A stretch of DNA of 42,558 bases from Octopus sinensis (taxonomy: Eukaryota). The stretch is taken from positions 1 to 42,558 of the forward strand of contig NW_021835264.1 of NCBI RefSeq assembly GCF_006345805.1, read 5' to 3'. The notes under the pieces were generated by a model. It did not search any database, was not told the DNA's origin, and saw nothing but the letters and a program-made list of their open reading frames with translations. Positions 19,945 through 32,800 of the stretch are shown here, piece after piece. The number at the start of each line of letters is the position of its first letter. Position 1 is the stretch's first letter. The translations under genes and the position numbers were made by a program.

Positions 19945-20715
19945 CGTATTAATCAGTGTTTAATCTCCTTTGAAGTAGTCCCCTTCTGAAGCCACCCACT
20001 TTACCTATTGTCATTTCCATTGATAGAAACATTTCTGAAACTCCTTTCTTGTGATAATGAACAGCTGCCTCATCACATTCTCTTGGATTTCCTAAAAGTC
20101 CTGAAATTTTGTTCCTTTAAAGTGGGATTTGATTTTTGGAAAGTCATAGAAGTTGCAAGGGGTAAAATTTGGGGAATACGTTGGTGTTTGAACCTGGGGA
20201 ATGTTGTGTTTGGCCAAAAACCGCTATACAAGCTATGCCGAATGGACAGATGCATTGTCATGGTGGCTTTGCCACTCACCGATGCATGCACTTCAGTCCT
20301 TTTCTGATGAACAGCATCCCACAAATGCTGCAACATGCCACTGTAGTACCCCTTCTTTACTGTCTGACCAGGTGGAGCATACTTATAGTGAACATTGCCC
20401 TTGTAGTCAAAGAAAGCTGTCAGCAGTGTCTTCAGATTGCATGCTTTCTTTGGTGTCTGAGAGGTTGGGGCCTTACACTGCAAAGACCATGATTTGTCAT
20501 CTGTTGTGACTATTTTCAAAAAGTTTTTGTTTTCCTCGACACAACCAAGGAGATCTTGTGCAGCTGAAACCTGATCTTTTTGGTCAATTGAAAGCAGTTT
20601 TGGCACAAACTTGCAGACACATATCTCATACTCAAATCTTCAGTGAGAATGGAGTGAACTGAACTGTAACTAATGTTCACATCCTCTGACAACTCATGTA
20701 TGGTGATTCGTTGTA
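19945..20715 (-). mobile_element. Decayed mariner transposase remnant
   Basis: ORF 20073..20606: MPKLLSIDQK (WVPxxL), IVTTDDKSW, LTAFFDYKG..HYKYAPPGQTV; frameshifted HDNA and YSPDLAP-equivalent regions. Confidence 0.88.
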
Positions 20716-20758
20716 TGCATGATATGTATGTATACATTGTGTGTGTGTGTGTGTGTGT

Positions 20759-20795
<37 letters not shown>

Positions 20796-20799
<4 letters not shown>

Positions 20800-21115
20800 G
20801 AGCACTCCATCGGTTATGACGATGAGGGTCCCAGCTGATACAATCAACGGAACAGCTTGCTCATGAAATTAACTTGCAAGTGGCTGAGTACTCCACAGAC
20901 ATGTGTACCTTAACATAGTTTTCAGGGAGATTCAGTGTGACAAGTGTGACAAGACTGGCTCTTTGAAATATAGGTACTACTCACTTTTGCCAGCTGAGTG
21001 GACTGCAGCAATGTGAAATAAAGTGTCTTGCTCAAGGACACAATGCATCACCAGGAATTGAACTCACAACCGTTACCATTGTGAGCCGAATGCACTAACC
21101 ACTAAGCCACATGCC
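20796..21115 (-). mobile_element. tRNA-derived SINE (second family) with (TA)n tail
   Basis: Minus-strand head GGCATGTGGCTTAGTGGTTAG...GTGAGTTCAATTCC (A/B boxes), then GTGTCCTTGAGCAAGACACTT; tail at 20760-20795. Confidence 0.85.
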
Positions 21116-21477
21116 GTCTCACACACACACACATATATATTGTGTATATATGTGTAAAATAGACCAAGGTTTATATATGTAATATTTAACTGTATATTTA
21201 TACAGACGCATGTATTTTCAATCACTCCTATATAGTCACAAAGATACAAATGGATTCTCATATGGTTTTGTTGATGGCAATTAGTTGTTTGATCAACTGA
21301 AATACCGATAAAATGAGGTGATTAGTCTTAGGCTAAACATCTGCAGAACTTGAATAGCATCATCATCCTTCTTTTAATGTCTACTCTTCCATGTCTGCAT
21401 GGATCAGATGGCTTTGTGAAGCTGCTGGAAACTGGTCAATCCCTGATTGGAGAAAGCTGCTGCTGCTGCTGGAATAA

Positions 21478-21905
21478 TGTGTGTGGCAGCAAGGTTTGGC
21501 TTCTTGCCATACTCCCAGAAAGAGTCAGAAGTGGTTGCTGGAGAATTTCTATGACTTCACCAGCCCCAACTTCTGGCCTCCTAATTCCCTCAATTGTAAT
21601 TCCATGGATTACTGTGGGAGCATGTTTGAGAAAGACTACAAATGCTCTACCTGCCACACCAAGGCGAAGCTGAAGGAGGTGTTTGAAGATCTCAGGGACA
21701 GAATGTGAAATATGAGCACCAGGTTCTGGAGCCATCTTGAGTCCATGGTGAAAACTGAGGGGTGGGAGCTACTTTGAGTAAACTGATATCTCTCAACCAT
21801 AATCTAGTTGGTTCTTTTGATTTTTTACAATACTTTTATTTTTAGATGGGATAATGTGTGTTTTTTTTTCCTTTTATGCAAACTGTCAAATTTAGTCTGA
21901 ACAAC
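21478..21905 (+). mobile_element. Tc1/maT-like transposase C-terminal fragment
   Basis: ORF 21481..21708: WQQGLASCH...KWLLENF..F...FWPPNSLNCNSMDY, equivalent to WQQDxAPxH...WPPNSPDxNPxDY. Confidence 0.8.
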
Positions 21906-22889
21906 CCAGTGACATTAGTTACCCATAAATGAACAGATACTTGCCCAATCCACTTGATTGATTTCAGACAGAGTAATGCAGCTGTCAGTACTTAATTCAC
22001 TATGATTTTGGTTGCTCCTCAAACTGTCCATTTCTTCACATCATTTCTGAGTCTAAGTTTCAGGCCACATGCTATCTCTGGAATAACAATCCAAGTCATT
22101 AGTTGTCACATTTTATGCAATGTTCTCACTACATGTTAGAAGAATGACAGTTCTGGTTCAACAAAGAAACAATATTCTTTAATCATTAGCTGACAATATA
22201 TGAAGCCCAAATTCACAATTATATCAATTTCCAAAACCATTGATTGGCTAAATCTTATGTAGACCTATTGTAGAACCTTCAAGCATTAGATATAGCATAT
22301 AAGAAAATGTTAAGTTGTACAAAATGCATTTCTTCCAGTAGCCCTTGGTTGTTTCAAAATGGCAACTAAAGACCATCACCATGAAATATATATATATGCT
22401 ATAAATACAATTGCATTCATACCCTTGGTTTCACATACTTAGCTCATTGGCACAACAGAAGTCAACCATATCACTAATTATCTTCAACTCTGGACTACAA
22501 TTAAAAAAATGAAGCTAACTTTGTTGACAACAAAAAAACCTATTTAGGTTAGAGATTTGTTATAATGGGAAATGTTCACCATTTGGTGGTTGAGGATGCA
22601 ATTTAAGGCTACTGGTCTCGAATATTACTTGGTAGCTGTCCATCATTAGACCAGCTTATGATCAATAAGGAAGAAGGTTGCCAACCATGAAAAAACAAGA
22701 TGTAGTTTGAAACACTTATGCTCCAACAGATTTTCATCTATTCACATTGCTGTGATATTCCTCATGATATCCCACATATTTTCAACTTAACTAATTTTAT
22801 TAATCTAATTATATACTGCACTTGTGGAATAATCCCAACAATGTGGCAGAATGGCTTTAGCCTGGATTCCAAAATGGAACTTCTTGAGG

Positions 22890-23110
22890 AAACCACAACA
22901 ATAAATGATGACAATAATTTTTATGGTGGCGATGGTAATAGTATTAGTGGCAGTAAATAAATATGATAATAGATGATGTTTAAGGTGATGGTGACAATGA
23001 TGATTTTGGTGATGATGTTGAAGATGATGATAGTGGTTGTGATAATGATGATGATAATGATACAACTGATGGTGTTTATGTTGACAATGATGCAGAAATT
23101 AGAATGGTCA
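22890..23110. repeat. Degenerate (GAT/GGT)n low-complexity tract
   Basis: Directly visible; gives the poly-His and poly-Ile ORFs. Confidence 0.85.
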
Positions 23111-26100
23111 TAGAAGCTGTTTCTTGAATTCCTTGAGTTTGTTTTCATTGTAAGTTGATTTTTCTTTTTCTTTATTGCTTTGACCTGAAGGAAGATGTGC
23201 CTAGGATTTAGTTAGCACTCCTTTTGAACATTTGTAGCAAGGAAATTTCAGAGGGAAAGCACTGGTTCTATCACTATTCAGCACCACCCCATTCCCTTTA
23301 TCTTTCTACCTTTCCATCAATGAAAAATGAAAGTAAAATGAGGAATTCATATAACATGTGTAGCCACCCCATTACACAAACACACATGCACATATGTGTG
23401 TGCTCACACACTCTCTCTCTAATCAGGTCTATTATTTAAATAGATACAACATACCAGTGTTGTGTACCAATTCAGAAAGTATTAAAATATGCATACTATA
23501 TATCTTGTCATCATCATGATCATCATTGATGTAGTCATCATCAACATCATGTTCATTTTCCATTGTTGACACAGATGGCGTAGATCTGCAGTTCAGCCTT
23601 TCTCTCAGTAAAGCACACTATCCTCAAATCCCTCCCCCCACAAACAGACTTCCTCTCAACTCTTTTTCTTTTCAGTCTACTTCTGCTATGGGTATAATCC
23701 ACTCCTGTCCCTGCTCAACACTTTTTACCCAGCACACATCATTGGTTTGCATTACATGTTGATAGCAATTTAGTTGCGTTTCTTTTGCATTCATGTGACA
23801 TTGTTTTTGAGGCCAACTTTATCTTTAAATTCATTTGTGCCCCACTTTCTTGTAAGATAAAACCTTTCATCTCTTTAGAAAGGATATGCAACTCATCTCT
23901 CTGCAGTTTTTCCCCTCTTTTTTTTTCTCTTTGAAATAGAGTCTGCTTGATGCAGTAACTTCTCTACTTTGTTTGTCATACAATATCTGGCTTCTGATAT
24001 GTTAAGAAACAGTAAATAATTTAAGAGGCAATAGGCTGCTACATCTAGTATCTTGCGTGACAATTGTTGAGGCTTGCTACTTTACTCACTGTATGTCTTT
24101 TTTAATGCTGGCTAGTCATCCATGACATAGTAGAGAATCCTGTTGTTGGCCATATAGACTGCAGCATTATAACTTGTTTGCCATGTTGACTGCAGCAACA
24201 TAGCTTATTAGCCATGCAGACTGCAGCAGCATAATGGCATAGTACATCTTGTTCGGGGGTACCACACTTACTCTGTGTAAGGGTTTTTAGTTTTTGTATT
24301 GATTTATAATTACACTGAAGAATGGTTATATATTAAATATACTTTTGTGTTGATTTCATTCACCAGAATGAAACAATGTTACTAACAGTAAATATTAAAT
24401 ATAACAATAGAATTGTGATTAAAATGGATAAATGTTTCTTCTATAACTATAATAGAGCTTTAAGATCTTCAGATTATATATTTTAGCCTTACTGTGGTAA
24501 AATATGTTTTCTCTGGCATTTATAACCCCACCAAAACTGTCATTCTGGATGGACCAAGACCAGTGGATCTTTATTTCTTTAGTGGGTTGGTTTTCTAACC
24601 ACAGTTGGAGAAATTGGAAAATGCGATCTCTTTAGGTTACACCATGTATATTTTCTGTGTTACCATATATATGATACAACATGTTTTCTCCGTTAATAGT
24701 ACATTCTCTAAAGGTTACATGTTCTTTCTGGATTACATATGTTCTCTGTAGATTGCTGTGTATGTTCTTTTTTTTTCCTAAGTTATACTTTTTTCTGCAT
24801 TACATGTTCTCTCTAAGTTACAACAACTAGATTATTATGTATATTCTGAGTATGGGTTGCAAAATATGTTCCATCAAGGTATTCCTAACCGGACTCTGTT
24901 ATTTCTTAATATTTTGCAGGTATAGTATAACTAGAATTAAATTACCTAATGTACCTTTCCTATTTTAAGACAATGAAGGGTAATATGAGGGTGATTTTGT
25001 TACTATTTCTAAAAGGTTGAATAACCACATAGACACTCTTTTTTTAGTTGTTTAATCTACTTTTTGTACTACAGATGTTTAATTCTTTAGACAACCATTG
25101 CAGAATCTGAACATTGAATTCTATGGTCTATAACCTTGCTAACTCTTTGTGACTTTCTGCTTATGTTTTTTTTTGTTTTTTTTAATGGGATTGGAAATAT
25201 GAAGGGGAGAGCTATGATCAACTGTATTAGCACCAATACATGGTTTCTTGATCCTTGAGGAATAAAAAACACATTTGACCATCACATTTATCATCCTTTT
25301 CGTTTTTAAATCACAAGGATTTGTGGAACTGGCACTTATTCCTAGTTTCCATTGTGTTATACAAAAGCCAACAAATTATTCATTAATTCCACAGAGTTGA
25401 TGATTATAGTGTTGATTTATACTATATACAATACCAACTTAGATCTAAGTCAATTCACTAGTAGTAGGATATGATCTGCTCACTTCTGTTTGTTATCTAG
25501 TTGATGCAACATAGGGTAAAAATATCAGTACTCTCCCTCATTAGTCTAAAAATAAACTATTACATCAACAAAATCTCAAAGCTATGAAATAATGCATGAT
25601 TAATTAAAAGCAATGTGAATAAATAAACATTATATTTACAGAATAAACCTGAAAGCTAAAGGGTTGAAGGTCAGTATTTATCTTTACCTTCATGGTGTTC
25701 TATAAACAAGAGACAAATTTTCCCCAGGAAATGATGCTAGTCTATTGTAGCTAGTATTCTCCACATGGCCTTGTACCTATTCCTACTTAACAGCTAAATG
25801 GCCTGATACATTGTAGAATAAAAAACGCTTGAAGCAGACTAGACCTTATGACCTATGAGTAAATAATCCACTGCCTTATCCACCTTCTTTTGGCAGAGAA
25901 GGGTAAGCAAATATATCTCTGCATAGTGACTTTGGTGAAAGAGGGTGAATGGCAGCCTATTTGATGAAGCACTCTTTCACTTCTGGTACCACTTGAATTG
26001 GAATGTACAGGTAGAGAGAGAGGTGGGGAGTTACATGCTTGTGTGCTTATCAAAAGGTAGATGAAAGTGGCAAGACAAGTGGGTCTGAAAGGGCCTACTT

Positions 26101-27829
26101 TGAGTATGCCTTTCTAAGTAAGAGGAAGGAAACTGGGAGATGACACTTTTGATGTCTTGGAAATAGCAAAGAAATTTGGACCTGTCTATGTGAGTTTCCC
26201 TTGGGTGGACTACCTTGCCATTGGGAAATCTTTTTTGTTGAAAATTTTGTTGGACTTTTATTTTTATATCTTTTGTTGTATCGTATGTTATATCATTATT
26301 ATTGTTGGTGTCAATCCCACTTCCTGTATATTGTATTTCATCTTTTTATATTATCCTTGATGTCTTAAAATAGTGCTTGCAACAAAACTTAGATATCAAG
26401 GAAGAGTCTATTTTGTTCAAGCCAGCCAAATCAATCCCTAGAAAAAATGAATACATTAACCCTTAAGTGTTTAAATTATTCTGCCAAAAGTAAAGCTTAT
26501 TTATTCATATTGTTTTGAATTATAATCATGTATTGTTTCATAGCTTTGAGATTTTGATGATGTTATTGTCTATTTTTAGAATGGCATTGTAGGGTAGGTG
26601 TAAGAGGCTAGATCAGGCCAGTTTGAACATAAAACAAGAGGCTTGTTTTGGCTGAATATGGCCGGTTTAAATGCCAAAGGTTTAATTAATATATTTCTAT
26701 ACATGCTGTCTAATTAAAGGATAGGATGAGCATGGCTAGAAGGTCTTTGCTAAATCAAGACTGACCTGTGGCTAAACAAATAAAGGAGCCAGATCTTTTA
26801 AAATCACTCCATAGTGGCTTTAAAAAAAGAAAGACATATTAACTAATATAGTCTTAGATACACTATGTCTGAGGAAAAGGATAGGCTGACTGTAGCTTGA
26901 ACATCTTTGATATGTTTATTAGATCAGCACTGACTGAAGGTGGTAGAGGTAAACAACAAAATGGTTGTTTGGTCTACAAGATATAGCAACCTAATCTTCC
27001 TCATCTAGCCATTGTAAAATAGTACAGGTTACATTTCATAATGTAGTTGCTGATAGCCATAAAAACACGATGGCCATCACTGGAACATGTTTTGATCATA
27101 GGCTTACAGATCATAGCCTAACAACAACACTTAAGAAGTTGTGAAATCAAATTTCCCTCATCACTCTCTTAACCATCTTTATAATGAGGACCACATTTCA
27201 GTTCTTTGACTTTTAGACAGTCCTCAGTATATCCAGGTAAAATTAAAATTCAGGTAGGACATGCACAAAAACAAAGTGCATGAGAAAATATTATTTTCTT
27301 TTTGTTTTTGCATATCATACATGGATATTAATTATTACACTTATGCAGACTAAACCGAGTGGACTATTTCTGGATTGAATATTATGTCCTCAATATTATT
27401 ATATTGATTAGCTCTGGATCAGACATAATTCAGCATTCTAGTTGTGGCTATCTTTTATTTCAGCATAATTTATCTACAAATATATTATCTATTGTTTTTT
27501 TTTAAGGTGGATGTTGGTTTTGAGATAGAAGTTTGGTTGCAATTCCTAGCATGTAGGACACCCATGTTGAGGCTCCTTCATGGGCTCTATCATACAACTG
27601 TTGTTCAGTCCCCTACAAATATGTCAGCTTGTTGATTAAAGGCACTCAAGGCTTGACCTTCTCATCATCTGATATTCTTTTTTTTTTTTAAAGACTATAG
27701 TTTTGTTATTTGAAGGAAATTTAGCTGCTATTACTTGCATGACAAGCAACCAGACAAATATAGTTGCTATTGCTACATTGATACAAATTTTCAACTAGTC
27801 AACTCTGCACCATTGATCTTCTTAAAAGA

Positions 27830-28250
27830 GATCTGAACAACAACAATTTTAGCAGCAATAACTAACAAGTATATCTTACTCTAATAATCATTGCTATTAC
27901 CACTAACTATTCTACCATTATCACCATAAGCAGCATTGAAAATTCAAACACTAGTCTCAACTTCTGGATCACAAAATATGAGCAACTAAATTAGCCAAAC
28001 AAGATAAAGACATTAAGAACTAGAAAAGCACTCGGAGAGCGCAGACCTCCACCAAGCAGTTCATTTCCACCCATTGATTGGCATGCTGAAAATCGCCCAG
28101 TTCCCCAAACTGACGCTGGCAAAAACATAACCTCCTCCCATACTTATCTCGGCCATCGTCATCATCAACACTGCTTCTGCTTTCACAACAATCACCATCA
28201 AAACTACAATCACCACAACCACTGTCAAAATTACAATCACCACAATTAGT
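27830..28250. repeat. Degenerate (CAT/CAA/CAC)n low-complexity tracts
   Basis: Directly visible. Confidence 0.7.
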
Positions 28251-28544
28251 TTCTTTACACAGTTGAAAATCCATTATCCGATACTCATGGGACCAAGATT
28301 GTTGCAGATTTTTGATATTTCTAATTTCAGAGTGCATTAGTAAAAAAAAGAAGAAAAATTGCATCTACAAAACAGAACAGTCTGAGGAAAGAAACCAGGT
28401 CTAAACACAATAGCTTATAGACATACTCTGAATGTAGTTCTATATAAATTTTTAATAATTTTTTTTATACTTAAGACCATCAGAAATGTTAAGATATCAG
28501 CCTCTACCCATGTCATACTTTGATTAAAAGGTTACAGCATAGAT

Positions 28545-29075
28545 TAGATTACTTAGATAAGTTTCGGCCAAAGTTGACTCAGGTCATTTCTAATTTAATA
28601 GCATCACCTGGAAGGGATACACAATCAGCTCTGGGGAACCGTAGCCCATTCAAGCAGAGGGTTATTGTTTTCAGAGACATTTCTGGATGTTGGTGGTTTA
28701 TCTGGTATAAGTTGAGGGTAGTCATCTCAGGATCGTTTAAATGCTGTGAAGTCACTTTCCTCCTTTATGTGTGTTTGGCACGATGTTGAAGAGAGCAGAG
28801 CCAATTGAGGTGAAATAGTTCTGTCATAGTGTTGTGATATGACACGGACATTTCTGTAGTGGACTGATGGCATGGGGGCCAAGCCTCAGACAAATTTTAA
28901 AGATGGGCAATGTTGATGGAATATTTTCCACATCATACAGATGATATAGAGCTCACAGCGGTGGTGGAGGGAGCAAAGCCTGGGCTTTTTAAGTCGATCC
29001 CAATAGTCAAGTCTTGTCATGTCATGTCATCCTTTGCAGACCTCTGCCAAGCAGCCCATTTTAAGATAAATACAC
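28545..29075 (-). mobile_element. CR1/L2-clade LINE 3' end
   Basis: Minus-strand translation LDYWDRLKK..LCSL...YIICMMWKIF...RLGP...QNYFTSIGSALFNIVP...IPDKPP...NNNPLLEW, followed by the 3' tail. Confidence 0.8.
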
Positions 29076-29224
29076 GAGTAAAATTACTAATAGAGAGACG
29101 AAAATAAACTTTGGAAACAGCAATGCCACCATAGGTTATGTGGAAACGATGAACATGTTTTCAAGGGAGATAAACAAAGAACGTAACATTGTAATACTTC
29201 ATGTAAAGTAAATATAACAAATGA

Positions 29225-29410
29225 AAAATCTTTCAAGAATCCATAAAAATTCTTGGATCACTACCAAAATTTCATCATCTGTTCCTTGTGTCATTACCAA
29301 CTTTTCCTGCAAGTTTCATCAAATACTGTTAACAACTTTTTCAGTTATTTTGCACACAGACGGACAAACCAACGCCGATGAAAATATAACCTTCTTTGGT
29401 GGAGGTAAAT
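29225..29410 (+). mobile_element. Non-autonomous Helentron/HINE-like element end
   Basis: TTTCATCAAATAC...CACACAGACGGACAAACCAACGCCGATGAAAATATAACCTTCTTTGGTGGAGGTAA: GACG/GACA microsatellite followed by a terminal ACCTYC..GGAGGT hairpin (29388-29407). Confidence 0.45.
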
Positions 29411-29899
29411 AGGTTCACTTTAAGAATTTAACTCTTTGTTCATAACAGGGTTTAGCCTCAAATACTTTTGATATTGTATGTTATTTGATGTTTGAGCACA
29501 TCTTCCTGTGTGCAAAAAAAAAGAGAGAAACATGAAAATTAATATTTAAAAAAATTGATTTTTATGCTTTATAAAAATGGTTTGACAATTAAAATTTTTC
29601 ATTGATGACTGCTGTGTCCTGGCATATATTTTAGCAAATTCTTTATTATTTCTTTCAGTGAATTCTTTATTGATGAGGACCCCTCTACCTAATGGGTTAA
29701 AGGCAACCTTATCAAATACCTTCTTATTGTTGATGAATAGATAATATGAACATTTATTGATGAAATCTGTCAACAATGACTTGTAAAGATAAACAAATAT
29801 TGATATAATTTTGGACTGACAATGGCATTAGAAGTTCTAGTTGAGCTGTAGAGGATAATATTTCATTGTATCGTTTACATATGGAAACATCCTGTAGTA

Positions 29900-30470
29900 G
29901 TATTGACCTAACAAACTCTGACTTTATCTCCATCATCTGTAACATTTCCCAAATCTTTATGACAATCATTATCAAAACTATTACCAACATTATCAATATC
30001 ATTAGCCATCATCATTACTGTGATTTTCATTATAATCCACATCAATATCATTAACCATTACCATCATTATCATGCACTATAATTGTCCTTATTGCCAGCA
30101 TCATTATTATTGTAATGATTAACATTCACATCACCAACATTGTTATCATCACTAACATCAGTTTTGTTGTCCATCATAATTATCATTGTATTCATCTCCA
30201 CTGTCATTATTGCAGCTATTGCTAGATTAATTCACCACCATTATGACTATCATCAGTTTGTCATCATGATAATCATCATCATCATCATGAGTTTTAACCA
30301 TAATCATTATTTGTCCAATTAAAATGATATTTGAAAAAGTGAGGCTAATTCTATATTTTGTGATGTTCTGTTAATAGTTATATTTTTGATGTTGTTGTTG
30401 GTGTTCTTATTGTTGATGTTATTGCTGGTGCTGCTTCTATTATTGATGTTGTTCTTATGGGTACTTTAAT
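29900..30470. repeat. Degenerate (CAT/ATT)n and (GTT)n low-complexity tract
   Basis: Directly visible. Confidence 0.85.
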
Positions 30471-31329
30471 GTTTTTGTTGTTTAAAATCACTATTACTAC
30501 ATGGCTGATGAGCTGCCTTAATCACCACAGTCATTAAGAGGCAAGGATGCTGCCATTAATTGCATAACCTGCCAGAAAAAGTTGCAGTTAAATCTTCTTC
30601 AAATTATACTTTACTGTTTTATTTTAAAAAATGGACATGTTGGATAATATAACAATCACAAATAAACTGAACATGGAATGGATAAAAGACAGGGTTGTCT
30701 TTGTTAGACCATGTTTGATTATAGCATTTTACCCAGACAGTTACAGCCTGGAACCAAACTGTGTAAACACTAATACAGTAAGCCAACAAGTGAATATTTA
30801 CAAGGCCATTGAACCTGCTTGAAAAATATGACCAAAGTTTCTTTAGATCATACATTAGCATCTTTAAAATGGAAAATACATAGGATAATGTAGTCCTAAA
30901 TAAAGGGTTTTAGTTGTTTATATTGACCCTAGTACTTATTCCAGTCTGATATTTTTATTGATCTTCATTTATTGAATTAAATTTGTTACATTTTTCACAT
31001 AATGGGAAATAACTTGATGCTCTGGTTAACACAAGTGCACGTGTGTACACACACATGCACACACACGCACTCACATGTATTCATATATCTATACCTGATG
31101 GTTTCTACACAGCTTCTTTCTCTCAAATTCTACTCAATGTATTGGTTAACCCTAGGGTATAGTAAAACGATAGTTGCTGTTCCTTTTTCCTATGATGGGT
31201 TGAGATGATGCAAGCTTTCTGATGCTTTGAATGTTAACTGTGAGCCTCCATTATGCCTGCAGTCATCCAATGTAGAGGTCAAAGTTGGAGTTCTGAAATC
31301 AAATCCAAAGGATGTCCAAATAAGCATTA

Positions 31330-32800
31330 AATATATGGTGTAAATACAGTAAAAAAGACAACACAGGAAGAAAACACTATTGGAGCTTAACACTTCAATG
31401 GAAAGTGAAAATTTTATTAACTTTTCTCCTTCATCAGAAGACAGAAAGAGAGAAGCAATGGAGTAGTGAGAGAAATATGTAGTTAGGAAGAAAAAAAAAA
31501 AGAATGGACATATGGTTAGAAACCAAGTGAAAAGTGTGCTCTATGTGGTAGATGAAGAAGTATCTAAGAGTATCTATATTGAAGTGGGCATGTGGAGTTA
31601 GTAGGGTGTGTTGCATGTATATGTATAGAGGTGTGCAAGATTGGAAATATAGTTGCATTGGTTAATTTGGTTGTTTGTGTGTATGTAATCATCAGGGAGT
31701 TGATGTGGAGGTGAGACTATGTGTGAAGGAGGAAATTAAGGTATTGATAAAGCACAGGGAATGGCAAAAACAATATGGAAAGTGTTATTGATGTGTGTGA
31801 AAGTGCATAGCAAAAGTTTGTAGGATTGGAAAAATGTTTTTTAACTGAGGGAAAGTTTAAGCTAAAATTAAATTACACAGCAATGGTAAAAGGTTTTGAG
31901 AATTTAGTAGAGTGTCCAGAATATAAGAAACTGGTAAACTCTATGAAGAAGAAATAACTGTTATGAAGAAGCTAGTAAAAATCAGCAAAGGAGAAGAAAT
32001 GATCTAATGAAAAGGTGAAAAGCCTAATGTAATGGTGTTGCAAGGTGAGAAAGGAAATGGAGAAGGGAACTGAATTTGCCATTTTTTAGAGAAGAGTGAA
32101 TAGTAAAAGGAAGGAAATAACAAGAAAAGTTGTGGGTAGTTATTGGCAAGCCAAAGACTGAGTATGTATTAAGCAGAGGTGACAGGGAAAAGTGAGAGAA
32201 AAACGATATGATTCAAAGCTGGGATGCTGAAGTGTAGGAGAAATACATTTTTGTAAGTTACTGTATGTGGGTGTGAAGAGCAGGTGTGCATTGGTGTAAT
32301 GCTAGTGGATATATGTGTGTTTGTTTATGTGAAAGAGACAAACTGGTAGTCGAATAGATGTATATGTGTATTTGCTTGTGTAACGAAGAGTGTGAAAGTG
32401 TACTAGAGGGAAAGCTGAAGTGGGGTGTAAGTGAGAAGATGATGGGGTGCAGCTGTTAGAGATGTGTAATTCTGGAGCAGGTTGGGGAGGGTATGTGAGG
32501 ACAGGGATCCAACATTAGGATCCAAGCTGAAAACAGATGTGCTGGTTGGAGTGGTCAGTGAAGTGGAAATGTCAAGAGGCAGGTGGCCTGTTGCCAAGTC
32601 TATCATCCCTGAGGTGCTCCACAAACCTGTTGGACAGTGAGTGACTGATTTGCATGATATAAATCAAATTGCAGAAGGAAAATTGGAGTGAATGTGTGAG
32701 GTTGTTGGAGGTGCATTAGAAAGAGTCCCTAATTTTGAAGGTGTAGTACTTTAGTCCAGTAAGGGTGGTGGTATTAAAATGGAATGAATAAGAATGGGTT
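31330..32800 (-). mobile_element. Decayed Penelope-like element: GIY-YIG endonuclease remnant + C/T-rich 3' region + hammerhead-like tail
   Basis: Minus strand 32745-32530 reads approximately IRDSF*CTSNNL...CNLIY..Q.SHSLSNRFVEHLRDDRLGN...HF...DH, the PLE GIY-YIG pattern with frameshifts. CTGATGA-AGGA...TCC..TGAAG-TGTTAAGCTC lies at 31437-31383. Confidence 0.7.

Noticed and set aside
20990-21115. tRNA gene (also heads at 13610-13670, 37690-37773, 42340-42398)
   Set aside because: A/B boxes are present but continue into SINE bodies with tails; no complete cloverleaf, so these are SINE heads.
22805-23148. Poly-His / poly-Ile ORFs (also 29754-30322, 28020-28364)
   Set aside because: Translations of degenerate (CAT/GAT)n low-complexity tracts.
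24850-24925. ...TTTTGCAG|GTATAG as the end of RING exon 2 (LTGLCYFLIFCR)
   Set aside because: Lacks the C-x-H zinc ligands, and I found no suitable phase-2 acceptor upstream.
25860-26230. Possible decayed LINE or Penelope coding remnant
   Set aside because: Composition suggests an old retroelement, but I could not recover diagnostic motifs, so it is left unannotated.
29470-29510. FEHIF peptide resembling BARD1 CEHIFC
   Set aside because: No flanking cysteines or splice sites in the required phase; chance match.
29546-29776. Minus-strand 76-aa ORF (NKKVFDKVAFNPLGRGVLINKEF...) as a host exon
   Set aside because: No recognisable domain or splice boundaries; AT-rich ORFs of this length arise by chance.
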